The translations under genes were made by a program, and so were the position numbers. A DNA stretch of 64,000 nucleotides, from contig CAZSKP010000008.1 in the NCBI GenBank assembly GCA_964607485.1, forward strand, positions 69,168 through 133,167, given 5' to 3'. The notes below the pieces were generated by a model. It saw only the letters and a program-made list of their open reading frames with translations, ran no database searches and was not told where the DNA came from. This DNA comes from an uncultured bacterium. GTDB taxonomy: Bacteria; Abyssobacteria; SURF-5. Shown here in pieces: positions 29,345 to 38,448 of this stretch; position 1 is the first letter of the stretch; every line of letters begins with the position of its first letter.

Positions 29345-29689
29345 TCAGGCTTCATAAACGACTTTCCCATTGCGCAGGATTTCTCGGTAAATCATACCCG
29401 GCCGGTCCTTCAATTGCTCCCACCTTGTCCGCGGTACGACGAGAATATCCATGGGCATGGAAATGCCGCGCAAGGCCCGACGGATGCGAACGCTTTCCTT
29501 CCGGGGGCTTTTGACATCATCGCCGGTAACCACAAGGATATCGAGGTCGCTGTTGATGGTGCCGCCGCCCGTGACATAGGAGCCAAACAGAATGATCCTG
29601 AGCGGTCGGGCTGTCTCGATGACCCGGCGGACGGCCTGTTCGACTTTCTCCGGCGTCACCGCCCAGTCGCATTCCCTTTTTGCTTCCAT
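29345..29689 (-). CDS. Nucleotidyltransferase-domain protein (MNT-type, Pol-beta superfamily)
   Basis: GSYVTGGGTINSDLDILVV motif (GS...D.D); 114 aa; no HEPN partner adjacent. Confidence 0.7.
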   Translation of the reverse strand: MEAKRECDWAVTPEKVEQAVRRVIETARPLRIILFGSYVTGGGTINSDLDILVVTGDDVKSPRKESVRIRRALRGISMPMDILVVPRTRWEQLKDRPGMIYREILRNGKVVYEA

Positions 29690-29799
29690 GTTGCGTTCAC
29701 CTCGCGGATGAAAACGAAATCAATTGAAAGTATACTCAAACTTAAATAACGGCGTCAAGCGGAAAAAACGTGCACTCAAGCAAATAGGTCGGGCATGCG

Positions 29800-30588
29800 T
29801 CACTTCACCGGCTTCTTTTCTATAAACGCGTATGCGTTGTGGTTGTGGATGCTCTCGAAGTTTTCCGATGCCACGGCGAACCAGGTGATGTTGGGGTCGG
29901 AGTCGAGTTTTTGGGCGATTTCGCGCACGACGTCCTCGGCGAACATCGGGCGCGAATAGGCCTTCTCGGTCACGTATTTCTCATCTTCGCGCTTCAAGAG
30001 CGAGTAGAGCTCGCAGCTTGCCGAGTCCTCGACCAGCGCGATCACGTCCTCTATCCAGACGAACTCCTTGAACTTGAGCTGGACGGTGACGAGGCTGCGC
30101 TGGTTGTGAGCGCTTTGCTCGCTTATCTCCTTCGAGCAGGGGCACAGGTTGGTCACCGGCACGTTGACCTCCAGGGTGAAGTCGAGCGAGCCCTTGTGTG
30201 TCGCGATGAATCTGCAGCGATACTCCGTGAGGCTTTTCGCTCCGGAGACGGGCGCGGCCTTTTCGACGAAGTAGGGGAAGCTCATCTCGAGGTGAGCGCT
30301 GTCGGCGTCGAGCGCCTTCTCAACCTCGCGAAGAAGCTCCTCCATGTGGTGCGCCGACATGCGGCCGCGATGCTTGTTGAGAACCTCGATGAAGCGGCTC
30401 ATGTGCGTGCCGCGGAATCGATGCGGCAGGTTGACGTAGATGTTGATGTCGGCGACGGTGTGCTGTTCTCTCCTGGCCTTGTCGCGGACGACTATCGGAT
30501 ATTTGACGTCCTTCACGCCGACCTTGTCCACCTCCACATGGTGGTTGGCCGGCTCGCTCTGTACGTCTCTCATCTTCTTCTTCGACAA
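29800..30588 (-). CDS. folE2: GTP cyclohydrolase FolE2 (type IB, MptA-like)
   Basis: Conserved VPVTNLCPCSKEISEQSAHNQRS block; last gene of que cluster. Confidence 0.8.
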   Translation of the reverse strand: MSKKKMRDVQSEPANHHVEVDKVGVKDVKYPIVVRDKARREQHTVADINIYVNLPHRFRGTHMSRFIEVLNKHRGRMSAHHMEELLREVEKALDADSAHLEMSFPYFVEKAAPVSGAKSLTEYRCRFIATHKGSLDFTLEVNVPVTNLCPCSKEISEQSAHNQRSLVTVQLKFKEFVWIEDVIALVEDSASCELYSLLKREDEKYVTEKAYSRPMFAEDVVREIAQKLDSDPNITWFAVASENFESIHNHNAYAFIEKKPVK

Positions 30589-30731
30589 GTTAATCTACCT
30601 TCCTTCGATGTTATTCACCGCAAAGGCACCAAGGAAGAAAGGAAGCAAAGATTCTCTTTGTGTCTCTGTGCCTTGGTGGTAAATGTTTTTCTTTGACTAT
30701 GATGAATGTATGGTTGACCCATCTGGACTAC

Positions 30732-31421
30732 TCAGATTTGTGTTCCAGAGTTTCTTACGTTCAAAATGGGGTCGGAAACTCCGGCCTCCTCGAATCCTCG
30801 TGCCCTGAGCGCGCAGCTGTCGCACTCGCCGCACGGCACGTCGCTGTTCTTGTAGCACGACCACGTCAGGTGCAGCGGCGCGTCGAGCTTGACGCCGAGC
30901 CTGATTATCTCCGCCTTCTTCATCTTTATCAGTGGGGCGACGACCTCGATACGCGTTTCGGGCTTCGTGCCGACCCGAATCAGTTCGTTGAAGGCGTCGT
31001 AATAGACCTCGCGGCAGTCCGGATAGCCCGAGCTGTCGGGTTCGACCGCTCCTATGTATATCTTCGCCGCGCCTATCACCTCGGCCCATGAGACGGCGAC
31101 GGCGAGGAAGTGCGTGTTCCTGAACGGCACGTAGCTCGACGGGATGCCCGCCCGTCGCAGGTCGGCCCGCTCCACCCGCATGTCGGGGTCGGTCAGGCTC
31201 GAGCCGCCGATTGCGCGGAGGTAGCCGATGTCGGCCACGAGCGTGCGCCCGACGCCGTAGTGCCCGGCTATCTCACGGAAGGCGCGCAGCTCGCGCTGCT
31301 GCGTCCGCTGGCCGTAGCTCACGTGGAGCATCGCGAGTTCGTGGTCCCGCGCCGCCACGGCGGCAGCCACGCAGCTATCCATCCCTCCGCTCACGAGCGC
31401 TATCGCGAGTTCGCGCGCCAC
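30732..31421 (-). CDS. queC: 7-cyano-7-deazaguanine synthase
   Basis: PP-loop SGGMDS and C-terminal CGECDSC zinc motif. Confidence 0.85.
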   Translation of the reverse strand: MARELAIALVSGGMDSCVAAAVAARDHELAMLHVSYGQRTQQRELRAFREIAGHYGVGRTLVADIGYLRAIGGSSLTDPDMRVERADLRRAGIPSSYVPFRNTHFLAVAVSWAEVIGAAKIYIGAVEPDSSGYPDCREVYYDAFNELIRVGTKPETRIEVVAPLIKMKKAEIIRLGVKLDAPLHLTWSCYKNSDVPCGECDSCALRARGFEEAGVSDPILNVRNSGTQI

Positions 31422-31424
31422 CGC

Positions 31425-32075
31425 TCACACACCTCTTTCGACCCGCGGCCAAATGTATTTGTGAAGCTGCAAGTGAAGCCGCACGTTTGAAACGTCGTTG
31501 GGTGCCGGCGACGCGAGCATCCACGACGCCAGCTCCGACGGCTCCAATACGCCGAACGCGGGCGACAGGTGCACGGTGTGTTTCTCATACAGGCGATGTT
31601 CTTCCATGATTTCAACCGCCCAGTCGTAGTCGGCCCGGTCGATGAGCACGAACTTTACTTCGTCGCGAGGTCTGAGCAGGCCGAGATTGTCCCAGAGCAT
31701 ATGCTCCGACATGCCGCTGCCGGGACACTTGATGTCCATGATCGTCGTGGCCCTGGCGTCTATGCCCTGGAGGGATACGCTGCCGTTCGTCTCGAGCAGA
31801 ACCTTGTAGCGCCGGTCGGCAAGCGCGGTGACGAGCGCGAGGGTTTCCGGCTGCAACAGCGGTTCGCCGCCGGTTATCTCGACCAGCCCCGTCGGGAACC
31901 GGGTCACGGCGTCAATCACCTGTTCCGGTGTCTGTTCCTCGCCCTCCTCGTACGCGTATCGCGTGTCGCAGTAGCTGCACCGCAGGTTGCAGCCCGTGAG
32001 CCGGACGAACGCGCACGGAAGCCCGGCGTACGTGGATTCGCCTTGAATGCTGAAGAAAATCTCATTTATCTTCAA
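31425..32075 (-). CDS. queE: 7-carboxy-7-deazaguanine synthase (radical SAM)
   Basis: CNLRCSYCDT cluster motif, QueE-like length and N-terminus MKINEIFFSIQGE. Confidence 0.85.
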   Translation of the reverse strand: MKINEIFFSIQGESTYAGLPCAFVRLTGCNLRCSYCDTRYAYEEGEEQTPEQVIDAVTRFPTGLVEITGGEPLLQPETLALVTALADRRYKVLLETNGSVSLQGIDARATTIMDIKCPGSGMSEHMLWDNLGLLRPRDEVKFVLIDRADYDWAVEIMEEHRLYEKHTVHLSPAFGVLEPSELASWMLASPAPNDVSNVRLHLQLHKYIWPRVERGV

Positions 32076-32448
32076 CGCTGTCCTCGAAGTAGCTTGCGCA
32101 CGATGATTCCGCCTCGCGGACGTTTACCCGCGTGACGGCGAGGCCTTTCGTGTTTATCCGCTTGCCGACCTGTTCGTACACCCACCGCGCGAGGTTTTCG
32201 GAAGTCGGATTAATCTTGTCGAACGGGGGGACTTCGTTCAGGTTGCTATGGTCGAGCCGGGAGAGCGCCTCGGAGGCGGCCTGCTTGACGTCGGCGAAGT
32301 CCACGAGCATCCCGTTCGGCTTGAGCGCGTCTCCGGCGGCGACGACCTCGACGACCCAGTTGTGTCCGTGCAATTTGCTGCACGGGCCTTCGTAGTCGCG
32401 CAGGCTGTGGGCCGCCGAAAACGTGCATTTTACCGTCAATTCGTACAT
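32062..32448 (-). CDS. queD: 6-carboxy-5,6,7,8-tetrahydropterin synthase
   Basis: CSKLHGHNW (Cx3HGH) motif; start placed at MYELTVK; 14-bp overlap with queE. Confidence 0.8.
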   Translation of the reverse strand: MYELTVKCTFSAAHSLRDYEGPCSKLHGHNWVVEVVAAGDALKPNGMLVDFADVKQAASEALSRLDHSNLNEVPPFDKINPTSENLARWVYEQVGKRINTKGLAVTRVNVREAESSCASYFEDSVEDK

Positions 32449-32657
32449 CTTTTGCGTATCCTTATCGACGAGGATTTTCCGCCTCCATTTTAGCACAGCG
32501 CACCCGACCGTTCAACTTGCGTTCGTATCTCCGCTTGGCAACCAATAGCTCGATGATATATACTTCGGAAACGGCGGGTGGACATGTGCGATGGGGAGTG
32601 TACTGCTATCTGTGAAATTGGTTAATTCCTGTCGTGGTTTTCATGCTGCGTCCTGTT

Positions 32658-32685
32658 GTAGGGGCGCACGGCCGTGCGCCCTTAC
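32658..32685. repeat. REP-like palindrome copy 2 (GTAGGGGCGCACGGCCGTGCGCCCTTAC)
   Basis: Same 28-bp GTAG-initiated palindrome as 2630 and 33801. Confidence 0.8.
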
Positions 32686-32756
32686 AGAAATATCCGCGAG
32701 AGCGATGGGGTGCGAGGATGGAAGATTTGAGGACAGAAAGACTGTCCGAGAATCAC

Positions 32757-32828
32757 GTAGGTGCGAATTCATTCGCACAAAGGATGCGAGAAAGGCCGGA
32801 AATGCTGTGCGAATGAATTCGCACCTAC
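32757..32828. repeat. Second GTAG-initiated inverted repeat (23-bp arms GTAGGTGCGAATTCATTCGCACA / TGTGCGAATGAATTCGCACCTAC, 26-nt spacer)
   Basis: Perfectly complementary arms, MITE/REP-like, 70 bp downstream of REP copy 2. Confidence 0.65.
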
Positions 32829-32880
32829 GGGACGTGCCTTCGAATGCCCAGTTATCGGACAGATTCGGGAGGAGGAGCAG

Positions 32881-33741
32881 ATGATAATAGACGTTCACAT
32901 ACACCCATTTTGCAAAGAGGCGACGGTGTTGCCCAACCCGGAGGAAGCGATGAAGCGGATGTATGCCGGGGCGGAAGAGCGGTTTGAGCCGCTGCTGGCG
33001 GGGTTCCGCTGGGTGTTCGAGCACAAGTCGCTCGACGACATCATCCGTGAAATGGACGAGGCCGGCATCGACAAGGCGGTCATCGTGGCGGCCGACTATT
33101 CGAGCGCGTACGGGACCGTCGTTGTCACGAACGAAGACGTCGCCCGGATGGCGAAGCTTCATCCCGACCGGTTCATCCCTTTCTGCAGCGTGGACCCCTC
33201 GTTCGGCCGCGTCGCCGTTGATAAATTGGAGTTTGCGGTCACGGAGCTTGGGGCGCGCGGGCTAAAGCTCGTGCCGCCGATGCAGGGATTCAGGTTCGAC
33301 GACCCGCGCCACGAGCCGCTGTGGCGAAAGGCGGCCGAGCTCGACATCGTCGTCTGGACTCACGCGGCGCATCAGAGCAGCACGCCCGGCACCGACGCCC
33401 GGCTGGGCCAGCCGATACTGGTCGAGCCGGTGGCGATGAAATTTCCGAACCTGCGGATAGTTCTCGGACACTGCGGGTTCCCGTGGGTGTGGGAATCGTG
33501 GTCGCTGGCCGTCCGATACCCGAACGTGTATGTGGACATCTCGGCGTTCAAGGAATTGTACGGGCAATTCCCGTGGGATGCCTATACTGCCAAGGCCGTC
33601 GAGCACAAGCTGCTGTTCGCGACGGACAACCCGCTGTCGGGTTTCGGCGAGTGCGTGGAGGCGGTGCGGGCGCTGCCGATAGGCGATGAGTTCAGGACTG
33701 CGATTTTCGGGACAAACGCACAGGCGCTCCTGCGGCTGTGA
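32881..33741 (+). CDS. Amidohydrolase-2 family metal-dependent hydrolase
   Basis: MIIDVHIHPF start after GGAGGAGG; TIM-barrel amidohydrolase pattern (HxH, later H, D); track start 32761 lacks RBS and reads through repeats. Confidence 0.65.
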   Translation: MIIDVHIHPFCKEATVLPNPEEAMKRMYAGAEERFEPLLAGFRWVFEHKSLDDIIREMDEAGIDKAVIVAADYSSAYGTVVVTNEDVARMAKLHPDRFIPFCSVDPSFGRVAVDKLEFAVTELGARGLKLVPPMQGFRFDDPRHEPLWRKAAELDIVVWTHAAHQSSTPGTDARLGQPILVEPVAMKFPNLRIVLGHCGFPWVWESWSLAVRYPNVYVDISAFKELYGQFPWDAYTAKAVEHKLLFATDNPLSGFGECVEAVRALPIGDEFRTAIFGTNAQALLRL

Positions 33742-33800
33742 ATTGGAGCAAACGCATCACCTAGTTACGCGTTTCCCCAATTACGCGACCCCATGATCAT

Positions 33801-33828
33801 GTAGGGGCGCACGGCCGTGCGCCCTTAC
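33801..33828. repeat. REP-like palindrome copy 3 (GTAGGGGCGCACGGCCGTGCGCCCTTAC)
   Basis: Identical to copy 2; 3' of the amidohydrolase gene. Confidence 0.8.
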
Positions 33829-33861
33829 AAGAGCCGACAAGAACAAAATTGAAAAGAACCA

Positions 33862-34269
33862 CTAGCTCTCCGGTTTTGGCATTTCCGTCAGGGAGACGAT
33901 GCGGCGGATGCCGCTCTGGCGGGAGATGTCCATCGCGCGTATCACGTGGCCGTACGGAACCTTCCTGTCCGCCTTGAGCACGAGCGTCGTCTCGCGCTCC
34001 TTCGCCGCTTTCTGCAGCTCGGCGCGAAGCTCCCTCTCTTGAACGCGCATGTCGTTGAGGAACATGCGCCCGTCCTTGTCCAGCGTCAGCGTGAGCGGCT
34101 CCAGCTTGTTCGGCTCGGCCGTGCTCGCGGTGGGAAGCTCGAGGTTGATTCCGGGATGCTCGGCGAACGTCGTGGATACCATGAAAAAGATGAGCAGCAG
34201 GAACATCACGTCGATGAGCGACGTGATGTTTATCGACGGCCGCTTTCTCCTTTTTTCACGAATCTGCAT
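33862..34269 (-). CDS. exbD: Biopolymer transport protein ExbD/TolR
   Basis: 135 aa, single TM LIDVMFLLLIFFMV, ExbD pattern. Confidence 0.8.
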   Translation of the reverse strand: MQIREKRRKRPSINITSLIDVMFLLLIFFMVSTTFAEHPGINLELPTASTAEPNKLEPLTLTLDKDGRMFLNDMRVQERELRAELQKAAKERETTLVLKADRKVPYGHVIRAMDISRQSGIRRIVSLTEMPKPES

Positions 34270-34277
34270 CTTCGCCG

Positions 34278-34943
34278 CTACCTCGAAAATTCTTCCTGCT
34301 CCACTCGCGGCCTCTTCGACGCCTCCGCGTGCGCGCCGCCGTAGAGCTTGAGGGTGAGGAGGTTCGCGTACCGCTCGATTTCGAGCACGAGGTTGTCAAC
34401 GCGTTTTGAATAGTAGCTGTGCGCGACGAGGGAGGGTATCGCGATGAATAGCCCGACGATGGTCGTGATGAGCGCCTCGGAGATGCCGCCCGAAAGGATC
34501 GACGCCTCGCCCACGCCGCGCTCGACTATCACGTTGAACACGTGGAATATCCCCAGCACCGTGCCCAACAGCCCCAGCAGCGGAGAGATGCCCGTGATGA
34601 TTTCGAGCATCAGCAGGCCCCGCTCGAGCGTGCCCACCTCTTGCCGGGCCGCGGCCTGCACCATCTCCACGTTGTCCGCGCGGGGCAGCCTGCGATTGAC
34701 CAGGCCGGCCTTTATCACCCGCGCAAACGGCGTGTTCGTTCGCTCGCACACGGCGATTGAGGCGACGGCGTCGTCGCCACGGTGGATGTTTTCGACCAAT
34801 CCGACTATTTCCGGCGAGATGACCCTGCGCACCCGCAGGGTGTAGGCTTTCTCTATGATGATGGCGAGGGCGAGAATGGAGCAGAGCATCAATGGAACCA
34901 TCGTCATCCCGCCCGCTCGAAGGAGATGCATTGCGGTTTCCAA
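34278..34943 (-). CDS. exbB: MotA/TolQ/ExbB proton-channel protein
   Basis: Three TM segments, conserved C-terminal ISEALITTIVGLFIAIPSLVAHSY. Confidence 0.8.
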   Translation of the reverse strand: METAMHLLRAGGMTMVPLMLCSILALAIIIEKAYTLRVRRVISPEIVGLVENIHRGDDAVASIAVCERTNTPFARVIKAGLVNRRLPRADNVEMVQAAARQEVGTLERGLLMLEIITGISPLLGLLGTVLGIFHVFNVIVERGVGEASILSGGISEALITTIVGLFIAIPSLVAHSYYSKRVDNLVLEIERYANLLTLKLYGGAHAEASKRPRVEQEEFSR

Positions 34944-34985
34944 ATTTTTCCTCCTCGCGATGTTCGGCCGATGCTTCTTGGGGGA

Positions 34986-35957
34986 CTAATTGTACCGGAA
35001 CGTGAAACGGATGTTGAGGGGTTTGTTCACGAATTCGTCGGGAAGCCCCTGTATCTTATCGTACGGTATTCTGTCGAACGGCTGCGCGTCGTTTATCGAT
35101 GAGACGCACAGCAGGGCGAAATACGGGTCGCCTTCGGTCGAGTGCACGACCATGTCGGTCACGCTGCCGTCTGGCTGAATCTTGAAATCGACGACGGCGC
35201 GCGAAGTCACGATGCCCGTGTACGTCGATACCAGGCGCGAGACCCATTGTCTCTCGACGGCCTGTTTCATGCCGAGAAGATATTCGCCGAAGAAATGGCG
35301 CGTCGCCCCAAACGACAGCTCGCCCGTTATCTGCGCGTCCGCGCCCGCGTTGTTTGCGCTCGCCACCGATATCACCCGCGACGTTGGCGGCGGCGGGGGC
35401 GATACGGCGGGTTCGGCCCGAGACGGCATCTTTTTCGCAAGCTGGATTACCTCTTTCTCCTTCGGCTCCGGCGCAATCTCTATCTTCTTTTCGGGCTCCA
35501 TCGGTTTCTCTTTGGGCGCGGCGGGCGCTTCCGGAAGAGGCTTCTTCGCTTCCTCGCGAGGTTTCGGTTTCTCCGCTTGCCGGGGCTTCGGCGGGGTTTT
35601 CGGCACAACGGGCGCAGGCGTCACGACCGCCCTCGGCCTGGTGTCCTTCGACTCGTCGTGCTTGCCCTCCATGTGGGGCGAATCCTCAAGCTTCTTCTCG
35701 CTCTGGAACCTGTCCTGCGCGCGCGTGTTCTTGTCGGACATGAGGTTGGTTTTCTTCGGGGCTTCCGGCGTCTTAGCCGAGGCGGGCGTATCCACCAACT
35801 CGAACCGCACGACTCTGGGTTCGCTCTTTCGCGCCAGAAGCACCTCAGGAGAGGTGAGCAACTTCTGAGCAATCGTCTCCTGATTCAGCGCCGTGAATGC
35901 GCCGAGATGGAGCAGCGTGGAAATCAGGAGCGAAACTTTGAACGAGCGAGAGAACAT
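34986..35957 (-). CDS. tonB: TonB-family energy transducer
   Basis: N-terminal TM, Pro/Lys/Glu-rich spacer (PKPREEAKKPLPEAPAAPKEKP), C-terminal TonB domain. Confidence 0.7.
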   Translation of the reverse strand: MFSRSFKVSLLISTLLHLGAFTALNQETIAQKLLTSPEVLLARKSEPRVVRFELVDTPASAKTPEAPKKTNLMSDKNTRAQDRFQSEKKLEDSPHMEGKHDESKDTRPRAVVTPAPVVPKTPPKPRQAEKPKPREEAKKPLPEAPAAPKEKPMEPEKKIEIAPEPKEKEVIQLAKKMPSRAEPAVSPPPPPTSRVISVASANNAGADAQITGELSFGATRHFFGEYLLGMKQAVERQWVSRLVSTYTGIVTSRAVVDFKIQPDGSVTDMVVHSTEGDPYFALLCVSSINDAQPFDRIPYDKIQGLPDEFVNKPLNIRFTFRYN

Positions 35958-36061
35958 CGCCTCGCCTGCACCTCCCAGATGTGTCGTTACCCGGTCGCGG
36001 ACTAGTGTTATGTTTCACAAACTTGTACAGATACCTTCAGGAATGCGAAGCATTCTTTTCG

Positions 36062-36165
36062 ATGTCATCCTGAACGAAGGGCCGAAGGCCCAAGTGAAGG
36101 ATCTCAATTTCATGCAAGTCATTGTGCATCGGCAGATTCTTCGCTGCGCTCAGAATGACAACCAT
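36062..36165. repeat. MITE-like element copy C
   Basis: TGTCATCCTGAACGAAGGGCCGAAGGCCC...GATTCTTCGCTGCGCTCAGAATGACAACC. Confidence 0.75.
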
Positions 36166-36218
36166 TAGTTTATTCCTCATTCCATAGTCTGCACCATGTG
36201 TTGATGGCAAATCCTCAA

Positions 36219-36935
36219 TTAAACGCAACACGGGAAAATGTTGGGGACGTGACTGAGGCGCTCCACCTCATGCTCGGGCCGATAGCTGTCGAACGCCTCG
36301 CACCGGCGCAGGTTGTACCACACGGGAACCATGCCCGCGTCGCGCGCGCCCAACACGTCGCTGCCGTACATGTCGCCCACGTGCGCGGCCTCCTCCGGCC
36401 GGATGCGCATCCGCTCCAGGGCGATCTCGAAAATCCTGGGCGACGGCTTGCGCACGCCCTCCAGCGTAGAGTCAACGATGACCTCGAAGTATCCGTCTAT
36501 GCCCAATCCCTCGCACTTCTCTTTGCACCTGCCGTCGTTGTTCGAGATGACGCCGAGCCGGTATCCTTTTCGCCGGAGCGCTTCGAGCGTCTCGACGGCG
36601 CCCTCGGAAAGCGTCCTCATGTACGACATCCCGTCGAATCTCTGAAGAATCATCGGGAGCACGGCCGGCCAATCGACGGATATATCGAGGCAGCGGCCGA
36701 AGTGGTCGAGGAATCGCGGCAGGTACTCGCCGTCTTCGACGAGCGAGCCGGAGCGGGTGTCGAGGTACACGAGGTAGTCGGCCTTCGTGAACGCGCGAAC
36801 GACGTCGGCGTATTCGCGCTGGAAGCCGACCTCGCCGAGCAGTTCGGTCACGCGCTTCAGGTACGTCGGGCTCCCCTCGACGAGCGTGTCGCCGAAGTCG
36901 AAGAAGACGGTCGAAATATTTCTCGCGGAAGGCAT
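36219..36935 (-). CDS. HAD-superfamily hydrolase
   Basis: Motif I FFDFGDTL, motif III/IV K...GDMYGSD; 3-bp gap to upstream radical SAM gene. Confidence 0.75.
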   Translation of the reverse strand: MPSARNISTVFFDFGDTLVEGSPTYLKRVTELLGEVGFQREYADVVRAFTKADYLVYLDTRSGSLVEDGEYLPRFLDHFGRCLDISVDWPAVLPMILQRFDGMSYMRTLSEGAVETLEALRRKGYRLGVISNNDGRCKEKCEGLGIDGYFEVIVDSTLEGVRKPSPRIFEIALERMRIRPEEAAHVGDMYGSDVLGARDAGMVPVWYNLRRCEAFDSYRPEHEVERLSHVPNIFPCCV

Positions 36936-36938
36936 CGG

Positions 36939-37829
36939 TCACATCACCGTCGCAATCCTCGGCTCGTTCGTGAGCTTGTCCTTGTCTTTTTCGACGCGTT
37001 CGATTATCGTATCGAGCGTTTCCAGCATACCCGGCTTGTCGCCCATGAACTTTCCGAAGACGGGGACGAGGTTGGAGACATGGTCGCTGTGGAATTCCGA
37101 GCTGATGCCCTCCAGGCATTCGACCAACAGCCTTTCCTCCATCAGCATGTCGAGCACGTTCGGCGGCTTGTACTCTCCGTTTTCATACGCCTCGAACAGA
37201 GGGGTGCCGGGTATCAGCGTCGCCGTGCGGACGCGAATGAAGTCGGGGTCGATGGCGTTCAGGACGGCCGCGCTCTGGCGGGCGTGCGATTCCCATCCGT
37301 CGGCCCCGCCCAGTCCCAGCATCAAATATTCCGACAGCTCGATGCCGGCCTCTTTCACTTTTCGGCCCGCCTTTATCATGTGTTCCGGAGTGGCGCCCTT
37401 GTTTATGAACTGGAGCAGCTTCGGGTCTCCGGTTTCCAGCCCGAGGTGCAGGCGGTCGAGCCCGGCCTCGGCCAGGCGCTTGAGCTTTTCCGGCGCCATC
37501 AGCGCGAGCGTTTTCGCGCGACCGTAGCTCGTGACCCTGCCGATATTGGAAAACCGGGTGCGCAGGTACTTGAGTATTTCCACGAAGTCGTCGGTCTTTA
37601 TGACGGGACTGTCGGCGTCGCCGATGAAGACGTTCATCTTGCGGTCGCCGTAGAACTCGCGGGCCGCGTCGATGTCGGCCTTCACGTCTTCGACCGGTCG
37701 CTTCTCGAATCGCATCATCTTGTACATGCCGCAGAATTTACAGCGGTTCCACGGACAGCCCCGCGTCACGCGAAGCAGCATGCTGTACGCCTCGCTCGGC
37801 GGCCTGAAAGGCGGCATTTCATATACCAT
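36939..37829 (-). CDS. Radical SAM domain protein with non-canonical Cx4Cx2C cluster motif
   Basis: VTRGCPWNRCKFCGMY; start placed at MVYEM after AGAGGA; track's longer start (37982) lacks RBS. Confidence 0.6.
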   Translation of the reverse strand: MVYEMPPFRPPSEAYSMLLRVTRGCPWNRCKFCGMYKMMRFEKRPVEDVKADIDAAREFYGDRKMNVFIGDADSPVIKTDDFVEILKYLRTRFSNIGRVTSYGRAKTLALMAPEKLKRLAEAGLDRLHLGLETGDPKLLQFINKGATPEHMIKAGRKVKEAGIELSEYLMLGLGGADGWESHARQSAAVLNAIDPDFIRVRTATLIPGTPLFEAYENGEYKPPNVLDMLMEERLLVECLEGISSEFHSDHVSNLVPVFGKFMGDKPGMLETLDTIIERVEKDKDKLTNEPRIATVM

Positions 37830-38091
37830 TGTTCCACGTCCTCTATTCTTCACGACACACGTATAGCCTTTACCCTGTGAATCTACCGAAATTATAACAT
37901 TTTCTGTACTCAAATTAAAGGCGTCTGAGGTTGGATATCGCTCGGGACGAGGCGCCGGAGATTTCGTTCCGGCGCGCCGCATGTGGTAAAATTAGAAGAT
38001 AAGCCGGGTTGTCCCGGTCAGCCAATGTATGTACGGCCTAAAGGGCACGGAGCTCTTTAACCAGTAACCCTGAGAGCAGGAGGGAGCATCG

Positions 38092-38364
38092 TTGAAGAAC
38101 AATGCGGTGAAGATGAATGAGAAAGATACTGTCGTGATAGCAACCCGATTGGTCAAGAAGGGCGAGCCGGTCGTGGTGGACGGGAAGCAGCTGCTCGAGG
38201 CTGCCGAGGACATCGAGGGCGGCCACAAGATTGCCCTTGCGCCCATCGCAGCCGGCGATACGGTGTTTCGATACGGCGAGCCGATAGTCGAAGCCACTCG
38301 CGCGATAGCCCGTGGCGAATGGGTGCACGTGCACAACACGCGGCCCTGCCCGGGGCACGAATAG
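38092..38364 (+). CDS. Stand-alone SAF-domain protein (UxaA/GarD N-terminal-like)
   Basis: 90 aa; VVIATRLVKKGEPV...GHKIALAPIAAGDTVFRYGEPIVEATRAIARGEWVHVHN matches the SAF domain of altronate/galactarate dehydratases; TTG start after GGAGGGAG. Confidence 0.5.
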   Translation: MKNNAVKMNEKDTVVIATRLVKKGEPVVVDGKQLLEAAEDIEGGHKIALAPIAAGDTVFRYGEPIVEATRAIARGEWVHVHNTRPCPGHE

Positions 38365-38448
38365 CTCCGGCGGGGAGCGCCGTGTCTTTTTTCTCCGATA
38401 ATCGACATAATTATTGAGACGGCCAAGAAATGTCCTAAGCGATAACAA

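Noticed and set aside
32641-33162. ORFs 32641-33162 (minus, 173 aa), 2625-2963 (minus, 112 aa) and 32634-32816 (plus) containing GAHGRAPL peptides
   Set aside because: They are translations through the REP palindromes and second inverted repeat. Recurrent peptide reflects the DNA repeat, not a protein family.
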